Assembly: GCA_030704615.1 (NCBI GenBank)
Contig: CM060733.1
Location: 57,474,001 to 57,538,000 of the forward strand
Direction of reading: 5' to 3'
Source: Takakia lepidozioides
Taxonomy: Eukaryota; Plantae; Bryophyta
Length of the DNA stretch: 64,000 nucleotides
This document shows, piece after piece, positions 35,287 to 46,742 of this stretch. The notes beneath the pieces are model-generated. The model had not been told where the DNA came from and ran no database searches. It was given only the letters and a program-made list of their open reading frames with translations. Both the position numbers and the translations under genes were made by a program. Numbering within the stretch: position 1 is the stretch's first letter; each line of letters opens with the position of its first letter.

Positions 35287-38200
35287 TCCAAGGGGAATGT
35301 TGCAGACATCTTCAAAGTGGTCATGCAGGGGGTCAAGGGTTCTCCCCTCTTTGTGTGGTCACAAGAGGAGTGTGACCCCTTGACAGAGCCACACCCCACA
35401 AAAGGGCCTGCCGTACAGAACTTACAGAAGAGACTGTCGAGGGTGTGGTCGGAATTTTCTAGATTTAACGAATCCAACACCCTCCTAGTGGATGATTCAC
35501 CACACAAGGGGAGGGGGAACTCCCCTTTGAACATGGTCCATCCATTGTCGTTTGACGTCACTAGCAATGTCAGTGAGGGGCCCAATTCAGACTACCTTTT
35601 AGAAACAGTCTGGCCCTACTGCCAAGATTTGTTTTGCTCCAAGGATGTGCGTGTCTTCACAAGCACGCGGAAGCTGACCCCGACTGGCAGCTTGAATGTG
35701 GGAGAGGATGGGGTCGTTGGGGGAAGTACTTCTGCGCCCATGCAGGTGAAACTAACCTTACTGTTTGCAACATGACATCGAAGCCAAAGTCCATGTTTGT
35801 TTTGTTCCCCCCAGATGCCCTCTCACGCAAGGCTGGCACTATATGTTTTGCAGGGACCACATGTACAGGGAGTGGCAGTGGAGTCGAATGTGAAGAAGGT
35901 GGGTCCTGCGCCTACGACCATAGTGCTACGGCGGCAGCATTCCGGATTCCCCCCCCGACATGCGGAGGCAGCGCCCAAGGTATGGTTGTTCCCAGCCCCT
36001 CTCCGCAAACTTACTTGGTTGGTTTCCTTTATGGATACACTTCCTGAAGCGTTGCAATGTGTATTCATTGCAGGAGCAAGAGGAGTGGGCTGTCCCTGGC
36101 ACCATCATCGCAGCAAGACGTGGTTCCCCAGGCATGCATTCATGGCTCCTTGCTTTGCCTGGCTGGTTTATAGTAGGGTTATTTTTGCCAGGAAGTTGTA
36201 GTGCTAGGGTCTGAGCAGGGTGTTTGTTAGCTTGCTCCGTGGAGGTGTGTTTATACCATTGCAACCACCAGAGTTCATGTTATTCTTATCCATCTGACTA
36301 AGCCTCTTTTTGCTGCTGCAGTTGAAGACACGTGGGCAGCTTTCCTCAGTTGCCACCCTCAGCGACGAGCTTCGCTTCAAGGTACGTTGGTACACCGTGA
36401 ATTGGCTGCTGATTCAGTATTGTGGCAACCAAGATCGTTTCCATGCCCAGCTGCGCTTGACTTTCACCCTGTCATTGGTATGTTTGTTGTTGAGTGGACC
36501 CTGATGTTGGTGTCTGTAGATATCAGATCCTGTGTTTCTCCTGAACCCCCATGACAAGCGGTCAAAGACAGCCGCCGCCAAGGCGGAAGTGGTGGGAATA
36601 GCCGGGGTTGACAAGTTCCACTGCAAGGACATTCGATCCGGGTGGTACAAGGTGAAAGTCCACGAGATCATGCTTCCAAGTGTTATATTGCCTTGCCCAA
36701 ATGTGGACGATGCCCCCCCCCCAGACCACACTAGCGCACGTGAAAGGCACGGTGACTCTGTGGCCAGAGAAGAGTATGAGGAAAGGTGAAAGTATCAAGT
36801 GACATTTCATGTTTGTAGTCCCTGTTGGGTGTGTAATGATACTCATAGAAGTGTGTATGATACTCACGTTACCAGTTTTGAACATTTGGGCCATGACAGT
36901 TTAAGTGATGTCCGACAACCGTGTATGTTGGCATTTAGTCTTGCTCATATGCAGGTGTGCCGTGACGGTCTCTAATTTGAATGTAATATCACATTTCCTG
37001 ACTTGTCGTCGTGTCCGTCCACCTTCTATGTGTATGTGTGATGGTCTTTGGTCTCCCTGTTGCCTCGTCTATTTGGTTCATTAGCGTGATGTTGTGCATG
37101 CATCGTGGTCTGTGTTCTCAGTCTCGCCCAGTATCATTGCTTCTCAATTCCCCCTGCATATGGGTGAACCACTAAAACCAGTAGAATGCATCAGAACCAT
37201 ATTTTCAGCTTAGAATGCAGGTCAGTTGGAAACTCACACAAACCACTACAAGTGCTCATTTTTCGTGCTTTCCTACTGTAGTGCAACCAACTAGCACAGT
37301 GGCAGCGGAGTTGGCCAAAGCAGTCCCGAGATGGCACAAGCACTCTGCGTCTTTCCACTAGCAGTCGTACCCGTCACTGCCATTGCGTGGGGACGACGCC
37401 ACGCGTCGACCCACACACTCTCCACGTGGTCCCCGTGGATTCGTCTACCGGAAGTTGTGCAGTTGACTTTGCCAGTGGCTATTGCGACGTCACATGCAAC
37501 ACTCCAAGTGATGTGGCCGACTGCGATGTGGCGTCTTGGGCCCGTGGCCACGCGGCAGCATTGCCGCTCGTCGCGGCGCCGCCACATCGGCATCCACGTC
37601 CGCATCCACGTCCGCGTCCATGTGTCACTGCGCCCCGGGTGAGTCAGTCTACTCATCCGGAGGGAAAAGTCAAAGTCAGCCCAAAAGGTCAGACACACGG
37701 GCGGCCCGCCTGGTTACGCCATGTGGTTCTTCAACATTAATCGCATTAATCGCTGAGCAGTTGTTCGCGCGTCTGCGTCCTTTACCACTCCAATCATTGG
37801 ATGTCCAACCCAACTACCACGTCTGTTGTAACTTCCAGTCGATCCCAGTTTTTTGACTTTTACGACTCAAAATGAGTCGTTACCCCAGTGGTAAATGACA
37901 CGAATGCTTCTAGTGCAGCCCCGTATGACGACACCGCTGGGGTTTCGGGGGGGGGGGGCGGCATGCAGGGGTGATGAGCCACGGGGTGCCACGGCACCTG
38001 CTATGATGGCACCGCCCGGCCCTATGTGCAGGCCCACGCCCGCCTTCTATGTTGTTCTTACCAGCAATTCGCCTACAGAGATGGCATTTCCCCTGTAGCT
38101 GAAGCGGCTGGGTTTTGCACGCGTTATGCAAACTCCACCTTCTCCTTCCTGCGCTCCCCGCCACCTCCATTAAGCAGCCTCGTTTGTTTGTGTTTTGTGC

Positions 38201-38799
38201 GCGCGATGGCCACCCCTCCTTCATTTTTCATTGGCACAAGGCCTTGGCACTTTGGAGTGTCTGGGTACCCAACCCAGAATTGTGCAGGGTTGCAGGCGGG
38301 GTGGCGTGAATGTGCAGAAGCGGGGGGTGGATTCCGCAGGCTCTTCCATTTTCGTTGTGTCCCCTGAGCTTGTTGCTTCTCTCTATCTTGGGTTATGTCT
38401 GGCAGCCTCTATTCAATAACCTTCAGCGCATTCCTTTCCTGTGCTGCTTCACATTTATGCCTTGGCGGTCGTCTTCATTTCCGCTGTGTCCCGCATGTCT
38501 TCATTTGCATTAGTCTTACATAGGGGGGGGTGATAGGGTTTGGGCGCAGGTTCAGATGGGTCCCAAGTGCAAGGTGTGTGATGTCTTGGCACCAACACCT
38601 CCGCTGATATATAATAATGTTGTTGATGTGCTAACTCAATGGGCGTCGAATGACCAACACTGTACTGAGGGCCGACAATTGAGAGAGTTATTAGACTGCT
38701 CTATGTTGACTACTTGATAAGCTTGCCTCTGCCTCCGCGCGCACAGCGGTGGCCAAAGCATCCTCGTGCCCTGAACTATCAATTTTTGTTTAGAAGGTA

Positions 38800-40790
38800 T
38801 GTTAGTTTTGATTTTGGGGTGGAAAGAGATAAGGGAGGAAGGTGACAAACAAGGATTTAATGACGCTGTGAACGAGGTGCTCAGAGAGGATGTCTGGTCA
38901 GATGAGGACAATCATTCAGTTGAGGGATTTAGCACGAGCGAAGCGGGGGAGACCTGCGGGCAAAGAGAATTCGCCTCCTCATCGGGCACATGTAAGGAGA
39001 AGAAGTGATGGGGGGTGCAATGTGCCAGCTACTGCACAGTTGCCGTGCCAGTCCCGACAACTGCTGCTGGTCTCCTTTGACTGATGTGTCTTTCAATTTG
39101 TTGGGCTCTACTCATGCGGTGGCTCCTGTGGATGCAATTAGTTTAGAGTTTTTGGATTCTGAAAATGGGGATGTGCAAATGGTTCATATGGATGGATATG
39201 AGGGCGATTCATGTGAGGAAGAGAACTCGGAAAACGATGGGCCCTCGAAGGAGGTGGAGGAGGTGACAAATGAGTCGTTTGCCAGTTTGTTAGCTGCTGG
39301 GAATTGGAAGTGCAGAGAAACAACATTATGCAGAGATAGAGAGAAATTCTCTAGCCCCGCAGTTGGGCCTCTTCTGGGCAACATGAGAGAGACATATCCT
39401 GCTGTGTTTTTTTTTTTCAAGTTGCGCTGGTCCACCGCAACGTTGCTTCGAATTTGTCGGGAGACGAACCTTATAACGCTGTGGAGACACACGTAATATG
39501 CGGAACTCGAGGTGGGCCAATGTGGAGGCCATTGGTTGTGCCAGAGTTGGAAGCCTGGTTCGGCGTGTGTGTTGTTCACGTGGATAAAGAGGCTGTCGAA
39601 CAGCTGCTGCTATGGGCAGTAGAGTGAGGTATTTTTTGCATGCCTTGTGATTAGAAAGGTTATGACAAGAGATCGTTATGAAGCAATTTTGCGTTGCTTG
39701 CATTTGGTGGATAACTCGACGTTGGTAACCGATCGTGGCAGTGTTGCATTCAACAAGATTGGCAAAGTCAGGTGGGCTTGTGCAGAAATTGCCAGTGCCT
39801 ACAAACGTCATTGGAACTTGCACAAACTACTGACTGTCAATGAGATCATGATAAGATACAAGAGAAAATACTGTGCCATACGACAATATATGCCTAAGAA
39901 GCCAGTGAAGTGGGGCATAAAAGTGTGGGCCTTGCAGATGCTGTCAGTAGCTATGTATACGATTTCGATGTAGCTGTCGCAAGAACGGGGCCCCGAGGGC
40001 ATGAGGGAGAAGTTTGGCAAAGGTGAGAAACACGATGTGGTCACTTGGCTAGTCTCTCCATTGCATGGGCTCGGCCATGTGGTGGTAACTGACAATTATT
40101 TCACATCATGTCACCACAGTTGTTGCATGATATGGCTTTGCTTGGGACATGGGCCACTGGCACTGTAAGGCTCAATGCCCCCTTCCTTGACTTGCTTGTC
40201 CATGACTGCCAAGCAAAGAGACACTTGGTGGCAAATGCATAGTAGTCGACAAGTTGCTGCTTGTTTGTGGTAGGATAAGAAATGTGTGTTCATGGTGTCA
40301 TCCACATCTCGGCCAGCATTAGGGCCGAATCCACTTGTGATGGTCAGAAGTTTTGTAGGGAATGCCAGGGTGCAGGTGCCTTTTGTTCCAATGCATGCTC
40401 AGTACTAAACTTACATGCATGGTGTAGATGTCCAGGACCAGTTGCGAGGTGCATATAGCATGCAGCTGAAGACTCACAAATGGGTGGCATAAAATGTTTT
40501 TTTTCCTTTTGGACATCACGATTGTCAATTCTTATCTCTTGCAAGTCTCTCACATGTGTCGGATGGGGTTGCGTGGGATGACCCATCTTGAGTTTTCACC
40601 GGCCTTGGCACACAGTCTCACGTCACCTGCCACACTTGTTGTGCGCCTGATTCGTGCCACAGTGTTGACGACCTCGCCTTTTCGCTGGCATTCCTCTTTG
40701 TACAGTCCGCTTTGCCCTGTGTGCACTCAATGTGGGCTGCGTACCTATTACTTTTGTCCCGGTTAGTGCGATAATGCATTCTTGTGTCTT
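38800..40790 (+). pseudogene. piggyBac-like (DDE_Tnp_1_7/PGBD) transposase, heavily decayed
   Basis: Acidic N-terminus, then MTRDRYEAILRCLHLVDN, LTVNEIMIRYK..RQYMPKKPVKWGIKVW, VVVTDNYFTS, WATGTVR, W*DKK, MHGVDVQDQL, WHKMFFFLLDITIVNSYLL and a Cys-rich tail (CPVCTQC..FCPG). Confidence 0.88.
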
Positions 40791-41923
40791 GGTTCTTGTT
40801 GGCGTGAAGCACATCTCGTCCGGAGTCGGTGAACTGGGCATGTTCACTTTGGTTTTGGACATGCTCGTGGATCCTACATGTGCATGGTACTCAAACTCTA
40901 GTGTGTGTGTGTAGGACGAAATCGCATCTGCAGGTGGTTGCTGCTACGCTGGCCTTCGGACATGGTGGATAGGCTCACGGGAGTGTGTGTGGGAGTGTGT
41001 GTGTGTGTGAGAGAGAGTTTTTTCATGTGTGTGTGTGTTGCTTGGGGGGGGAGGGACTGTCTACATATGAGGGCAGATTAGGGGGTGCGACTCCCCCTCA
41101 GTTCAAAGTAAGGGTCGCGTGGGTGTATTGGCGGTCTTCCTGCGCACGTGTAGTTCATGGGGAGGTGGTAGTTGAAGCAGTCCCAAGACAAGGAAGCATG
41201 TAGTTGAGTGGCAATTGCATTCGGGTGCATGAGCGGCCATGCCAAAATTTCGCGGGGTCCATTGGCAAGGTTGGAATGAGGTGGAACGACGTGGCCTGGA
41301 AAACGTTGCCTGAGTCACATGCAATTCCGGCTGGCATAATCCTAACTTGGACCAGACTTTGCCAGAAAATTCACTGAAAGCTCCATCCGAGGGGCAAATT
41401 TTATCCAAATGGTGTAGTTCGTGGGCAGGGTGTTTTGAAAGATGCCACTGCATAGATTGACCGTTGCAACTTTAGATTTGGCCCAAAATTTCTAGTGATC
41501 ATGGGACCTCCATGATCTGCCTTATGCAATTGTAATTCTACCCCATTCACATACAGAGTGCTCAACCCCCCCTAAACTTGTCGGAGTGTCCTCAAATTTT
41601 GTGGGATGTGAAGAAGCAATGGCATGTGGAGGGCATTTGCCCTGGAAAATTTTGCAACATTGCCCACGAGCTTGGTCAAAGTGCAGTTTTGGGACATTTT
41701 CTGGATTTATGTACAAAATGGACCTCACTTTTTTGTTATAATGTCCCAATTGGAACTGTCAAATTTGCTAGGATTTGGGGTGCCTGTGCATGTACTAGGT
41801 AGGGACATGTTTCAACGGTTCATCCCTGTGGATGACAGGGGTAAGCAGATCCAGCCTTTCTTGTCAGGGTGGGCCTAGTTTTTGTCCAAGTGGACAGAAA
41901 CTGCTCTCGCCGCTTAGGGGGTA

Positions 41924-42362
41924 AGAGCCGGGTTCCATGGGCACACCCAGTCGCCCCCCAAGCAAGCACCCCTAGGAGGAATCGCCCCTTATAAATGAGA
42001 GGGGGTGGTTCTATGGACACCTTTTCACTCGCCCAGACATATTTGAATTACAATTAATATAAGTTTTGGATGAGGATGTCAAAAATTATTCCTTTTCCTA
42101 AAATCTAACTGTGGATGGAAGTCAATAGAATTCTGTGTAAGGCTACGCCCCGCTGTACGAAAAGACAAAGGTTTCAGTAGGGGCGCCATGAAACTCATCC
42201 CTTCCGAAGGGACGTCTTTTTTGCGCCCCTTCGCAAGGGGCAACTCCGTGGGGGCGCCCCTTAGGGAATATCCTATTTCGACCAATAGCGCCTCATTAGC
42301 GCCTCATTAATACTGGGCCGATTAAGGGGGGGCGTTTGCAGCTGCCCATGGAACCCGGCTCT
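41924..42362. mobile_element. MITE (Harbinger/Tourist-like) with ~20-bp perfect TIRs
   Basis: AGAGCCGGGTTCCATGGGCA ... TGCCCATGGAACCCGGCTCT, flanked by TA/TAA-type duplications. Confidence 0.85.
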
Positions 42363-42584
42363 TAAGGACCTCCCCCGATAGTAGATTAAGTAAATTTCAC
42401 ATGGATGGAATTTATAACGTTTGTTTATTGGTGAGCCAAAAACAATTACTAATAATATTTGACACAAGGTAAAGGGTGAAGTTTCTTTAATGTCCAGTGA
42501 ATTTACAGAGCCTACTGCTCAACACAAGGTATTCAGATTATTTTAGCAGTAATTGGAACCATATTGAACGTGACTCTGGTAATC

Positions 42585-43507
42585 GGAAGGGTCCGGGTTT
42601 TGAAGGCGGGTACCCGGCGGGTTAGGATCCGGGTTACCCGGACCCACACCCAGACCCGTGCTATCACAAAAAACCCGGATCCTAACCCGGATTCATTTCT
42701 AAAATGAACCCGGAACCGGACCCGGACCCGCCTTCTGGGTCCAGAACCCGTTATACCCGCTACCCGTGGGCCAATGTAGGGGGACAGGGTCCGGGTCTTA
42801 AATTTAGATGGGGCATAGGGGGGTCCACCTTGGATCTGGTAGGTTTTGTCATATGTGTGGAGGGGACGAGCAGCAATAGGCAGCAGCGGCCAGCCCCACC
42901 ACGTTGTAGCCTGGTGGTAATGCCCACATACCACCTCAAAAGCGGTTGTGGGTTCAATCCCCGGAGTGGTGTCACAAAGTTGTGCCCTCTGGGTCCATAG
43001 TTTACACCTCCCAAAGGAGACGTCATATATTATTAATATGCCAGATCCCACACATCCATGCTATAGTGATCTACCCTTGAGGCATATTTCTATTCTTAAC
43101 ATGTTTAAAGAATTGATATTGAAAAATAGAAAATGGAACTCAAACTTAATTTAATTCTTATTCATGGTATACATATTCATATTCATGGTATATTTTGAAG
43201 GAATGTCTCTTAAAATAAAATTAATTATTAGGATTTAAAGTTTTTCCAGCCAAAAATAAATTTATCCCTAATTAATCTTAATTTTCTAATTTATTTAATC
43301 AATAAATTAGGACCCGGATCCGAACCCGTGAACCCGCTAATAATTCCCAACAACTACCCAGACCCTAACCCGAGTCCGTGTTGACAAACCCGGACCCGGA
43401 TTTTCCAAATTTCAAAAACCCTGATCCGGACCCGGACTTGGCTCCGAAAAAAAACCCGCACCCGGACCCGGCGGGTTCCTTAAAAAGCCAGAACCCGCAC
43501 AACACTG
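42585..43507. mobile_element. Non-autonomous hAT-like element with ACCCGG subterminal repeats (left TIR not found)
   Basis: Dense ACCCGG/GACCCG clusters at 42590-42770 and 43310-43500. Right end CCCGCACAACACTG reads CAGTGTT on the minus strand. Confidence 0.55.
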
Positions 43508-44020
43508 GAACTTACCCCGCTTTTCATTATTTATTGAAGAATTACTCTATAACAGGAATTCCTAGTGGATGAATGAACCAAACAGATCCGGGGCCGTACC
43601 TACATTGCAAGAAAGACCCCAGTGAATCCAGTCGGGAAAACCGACCACATGCATTTTCTTTATTTCTGTGTCTTATCCTTGGGAGCATCAACTTGCTGCT
43701 ACACTGTACACCAGTCTTCCAAGGAAGATAAGAAAATCGCTTAAAAGGAGGTAGTGATGACGGCAGCAGAAGAAGGGGAAATTGCCTGAGAACGCACCGT
43801 TTTCCACCGCCGAACTCGTTCAAATATCACTAGCAGCTCTGCCTTCTTTCAACCTCAACTGGACACTGATCCACGCTTGTATCTGGATAGATTCCGAGAG
43901 AGAGATTGAGAGAGTGATAGAGAGAGGGGTTTGTGTCTACAAAGTTTCTTTGTGCTTTGAATGTGGTGGTGATTTCTTACAGGAGCCTGGGAATCATTTT
44001 TCTTCCCTGAATTGGAAACC

Positions 44021-46742
44021 ATGGGGCTAGAAGACCCACTGGTGCACTCCATTGAGAATTTGCGGATTGATCCTGCCTTTGTGCTGGATCCAGAGCACCG
44101 ACCTAAGCGTAAGCACAATGAGTACAGCACTGCTGGCGACCAAGTGCCAGTGATTGACTTAGCCCCACTTCGATCGAAGGGCTTGGAGAAAGGGGATAGT
44201 GATAACCTCCAACGCTTAATTGAGGAGGTTGGTAGAGCATGTGAAGACTGGGGCTTCTTTCAGGTGATTAACCATGGCATATCTCTCAGCCTTCTGGAGG
44301 AACTGGAGACGAATGCGAGCGAATTTTTCGGCCTCCCACTTGAGGAGAAGAGAAAGGTATAATTAACGTCTGATTCAGTACAATTGGGTTTCATAGCCAC
44401 GCAACGAGTAATAACTTCGAGCTGAATATCGTCATACGGTGGGGGGAAAGAAGGAGAGAGATGACGATGTCTTCAGATTTTTTCTTTGCAGTAGGATTGT
44501 GGCCATGTGCTCTTGGGCCGGTCTGGATGAGCAGAAACGAGAGGGGACGGATGGGAAGGGGGCACTAGAGTGGGGAAGTAAGAATTGGATGCCAAATTGC
44601 ATGGTCTAGAGTCAAGGTTTAGCTTTTTGAGCTTCTCAAATTGAATGAAAAGAACTTCGGGGAAAGTCCACTTGACGCTTGCGAAGTGGCAAGGGGGGAT
44701 AAAGCTCTTTGACAGTGACCTCTCTAAGCACTTGAAATTCTTTCATTGTGCTCCACTTGCATAATACTAAGAACGGAGTGCCTACCTAATCTCAGGTGCG
44801 GCGAACGTTTGACAATGCACTCGGCTACTTTGACACCGAGCTCACTAAGAATGTGCGGGACTGGAAAGAAGTCTTTGATTTCGTTACCCGGGGAGTTTTG
44901 GAGCTACCTCAGGAATTGGATAGCGAGAGCAAACAGACTAAACTTTACGCAAACCAGTGGCCCCAGATACCCACTGGGTTAAGGTATGTGTGAGTTGTTT
45001 GATGCGAAGCGCTAGACTGTGCTCCCCAGGGGACTGCATAGTTGATGACATACTGAAAGGTCAAGGAGTATCTCTCTCTCTACATACTGTTGAGTGCAAG
45101 GCAAATATTATTAGGAAATCTGTCGTTGGGCAACTTCTGAGTGGTTCTTATTGCTCTACTTTTTCACAAGAGTCCTCAGGGTCCCCTCTCGACATTGTCT
45201 TAAGTTCTCATGTCTCTCACTGCATCTCTCCATTCTAAATTACTTTTGTTTTTATGGCTCTCTCTTGACATTTGAGCTTAGATGTGGCCCTTGGCATGTT
45301 GTCAGTAGCATGTGCTTGCTTTATGTTATATGGAAATAGATGCGCTGGTTTTGTTACTTCCGTGAATTGTTTTTAACATGTAAACAGTGAACATAAGTAT
45401 CATTGTTTCAGCTTATATCAAGACATTGCTGGAAGAGATGAAGGAAGTTTGATATATAGTTGTCAACGTGTATTGGTATCTAACTCAGATTAATTTGACA
45501 GGTGGCTTCAAATGCCAGAGAATAAACATTTTGGAATGAAGGTTGGGTGAATAGAAAATATGGTGAACACTGCAGGTAGAATGAATCAGTCGAGTAACCA
45601 CCCACCCACTTGGAGTGTCCTTACTTGCAGTCAACCTGAGATCAACCCGTGTAATAATTGCTATGGCAGGGGGGTCTGCGAGAAGTGGGGCAAGGCTGTA
45701 GAAGGCCTGGGTTTTGAGGTCTTGGGTTTGATTTCGCAAAGTTTGGGTTTACCTGCAACCCAATTTCATCATTACTGGAAGGAAGACAGCAATTTTGTAC
45801 GCTTGAACTATTACCCAAAGTGTCCTGCGCCAGATCTGACACTTGGCGTGAGCCGACACAAGGATGGGGGTGCGCTTACCGTGTTGGTGCAAGATGAGGT
45901 TGGGGGTCTCGAGGTGAGACGGAAAGATGGAGAGTGGATAGGAGTAAAACCGCGCCGTGATGCATTTGTCATCAATGTCGGGGATCTCTTTCAGGTATGT
46001 GTAATTAACAGACCTAGAACCTTTTATTGCACAGGTTATTCCAATCACAGACATACTTGGGATTGTCTAGAGCCTTGAACCTGAAGGGTAGTGATTGGTT
46101 TCCAACCTCTAATTGCAGACATGTCCTCAGAACGAGGATGAGACTACACTGTAAACATCCATGAAAAGCCTCTTCCCTAACAGGTACTGCCCCCTTTTCA
46201 CCAATTACAATGAACATGGCTCAATTGATCCTGTAAACTTCCAATGGATTATACATATTCCATAGAACATGGACTGCCAAGAGGGGCTGAAGAAAGTGGG
46301 CTTTCCTCCGCCAACCTAAGCTAGCACTCAACAGAGTAAAGCACTTCAGAGGCTTGGCTATGACCAAACAAACTCGTATCTTCCCTCTTCCCTCCAAATA
46401 AAGAACAAGAGAGAAAGAAAGAACGTTTTGTTTTGCAATGACATTGTGCAATGAAATGGAACACAGGTTTGGAGTAACGACAAGTATCAGAGTGTGGAGC
46501 ATCGAGTGGTGGTCAATGAGAACAAACCTCGTTACTCTTTTCCCCTCTTTTTCAATCCTTCATATTCCACAGATGTGGCGCCAGTGCCAGAACTACTGGA
46601 TGGAAAGCATCCACCGCTCTATCGCCCCTACAGCTGGGGTATGTTCATGAAGAGCAGAAAAGATGGAAACTTCAAGAATTTGGGAGTTGAGAATCTTCAG
46701 ATCTCTCACTTTGCTATCAATCGGAAGGAATCAGCTGTTTGA
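44021..46742 (+). CDS. 2-oxoglutarate/Fe(II)-dependent dioxygenase (DOXC class), 4 exons
   Basis: Exons 44021-44356, 44796-44983, 45670-45994 and 46467-46742 with GT..AG introns in frame. Motifs VPVIDL, WGFFQVINHG, DWKEVFDF, LNYYPKCP, RHKD, VEHR and RYS. Confidence 0.95.

Larger units (their letters stand above)
24231..36800 (+). pseudogene. CACTA TnpA-like multi-exon gene: Transposase_24-like region, FCP1/NIF HAD domain and C-terminal Tnp1/DUF8039-like domain
   Basis: Exon 1 at 24231-24530. Region 26650-27163 reads LVAY*ESP..MKQARACVTNPSRWGRAG. HAD domain at 28126-28311 plus 35292-35600. Last exon from 36520 reads KFHCKDIRSGWYKVKVHEIMLPSVILPCPNVDDAPP, then after a frameshift QTTLAHVKGTVTLWP. 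Confidence 0.65.
19056..37283. mobile_element. CACTA (En/Spm) DNA transposon; right terminus present, left terminus not found
   Basis: TnpD-type gene on the minus strand and TnpA-type gene on the plus strand. Right end ...CTACTGTAGTG (TAGTG at 37279-37283) with AACCACTA-like subterminal motifs. Confidence 0.75.

Noticed and set aside
40983-41040. (GT)n/(GA)n microsatellite
   Set aside because: Ordinary simple repeat.
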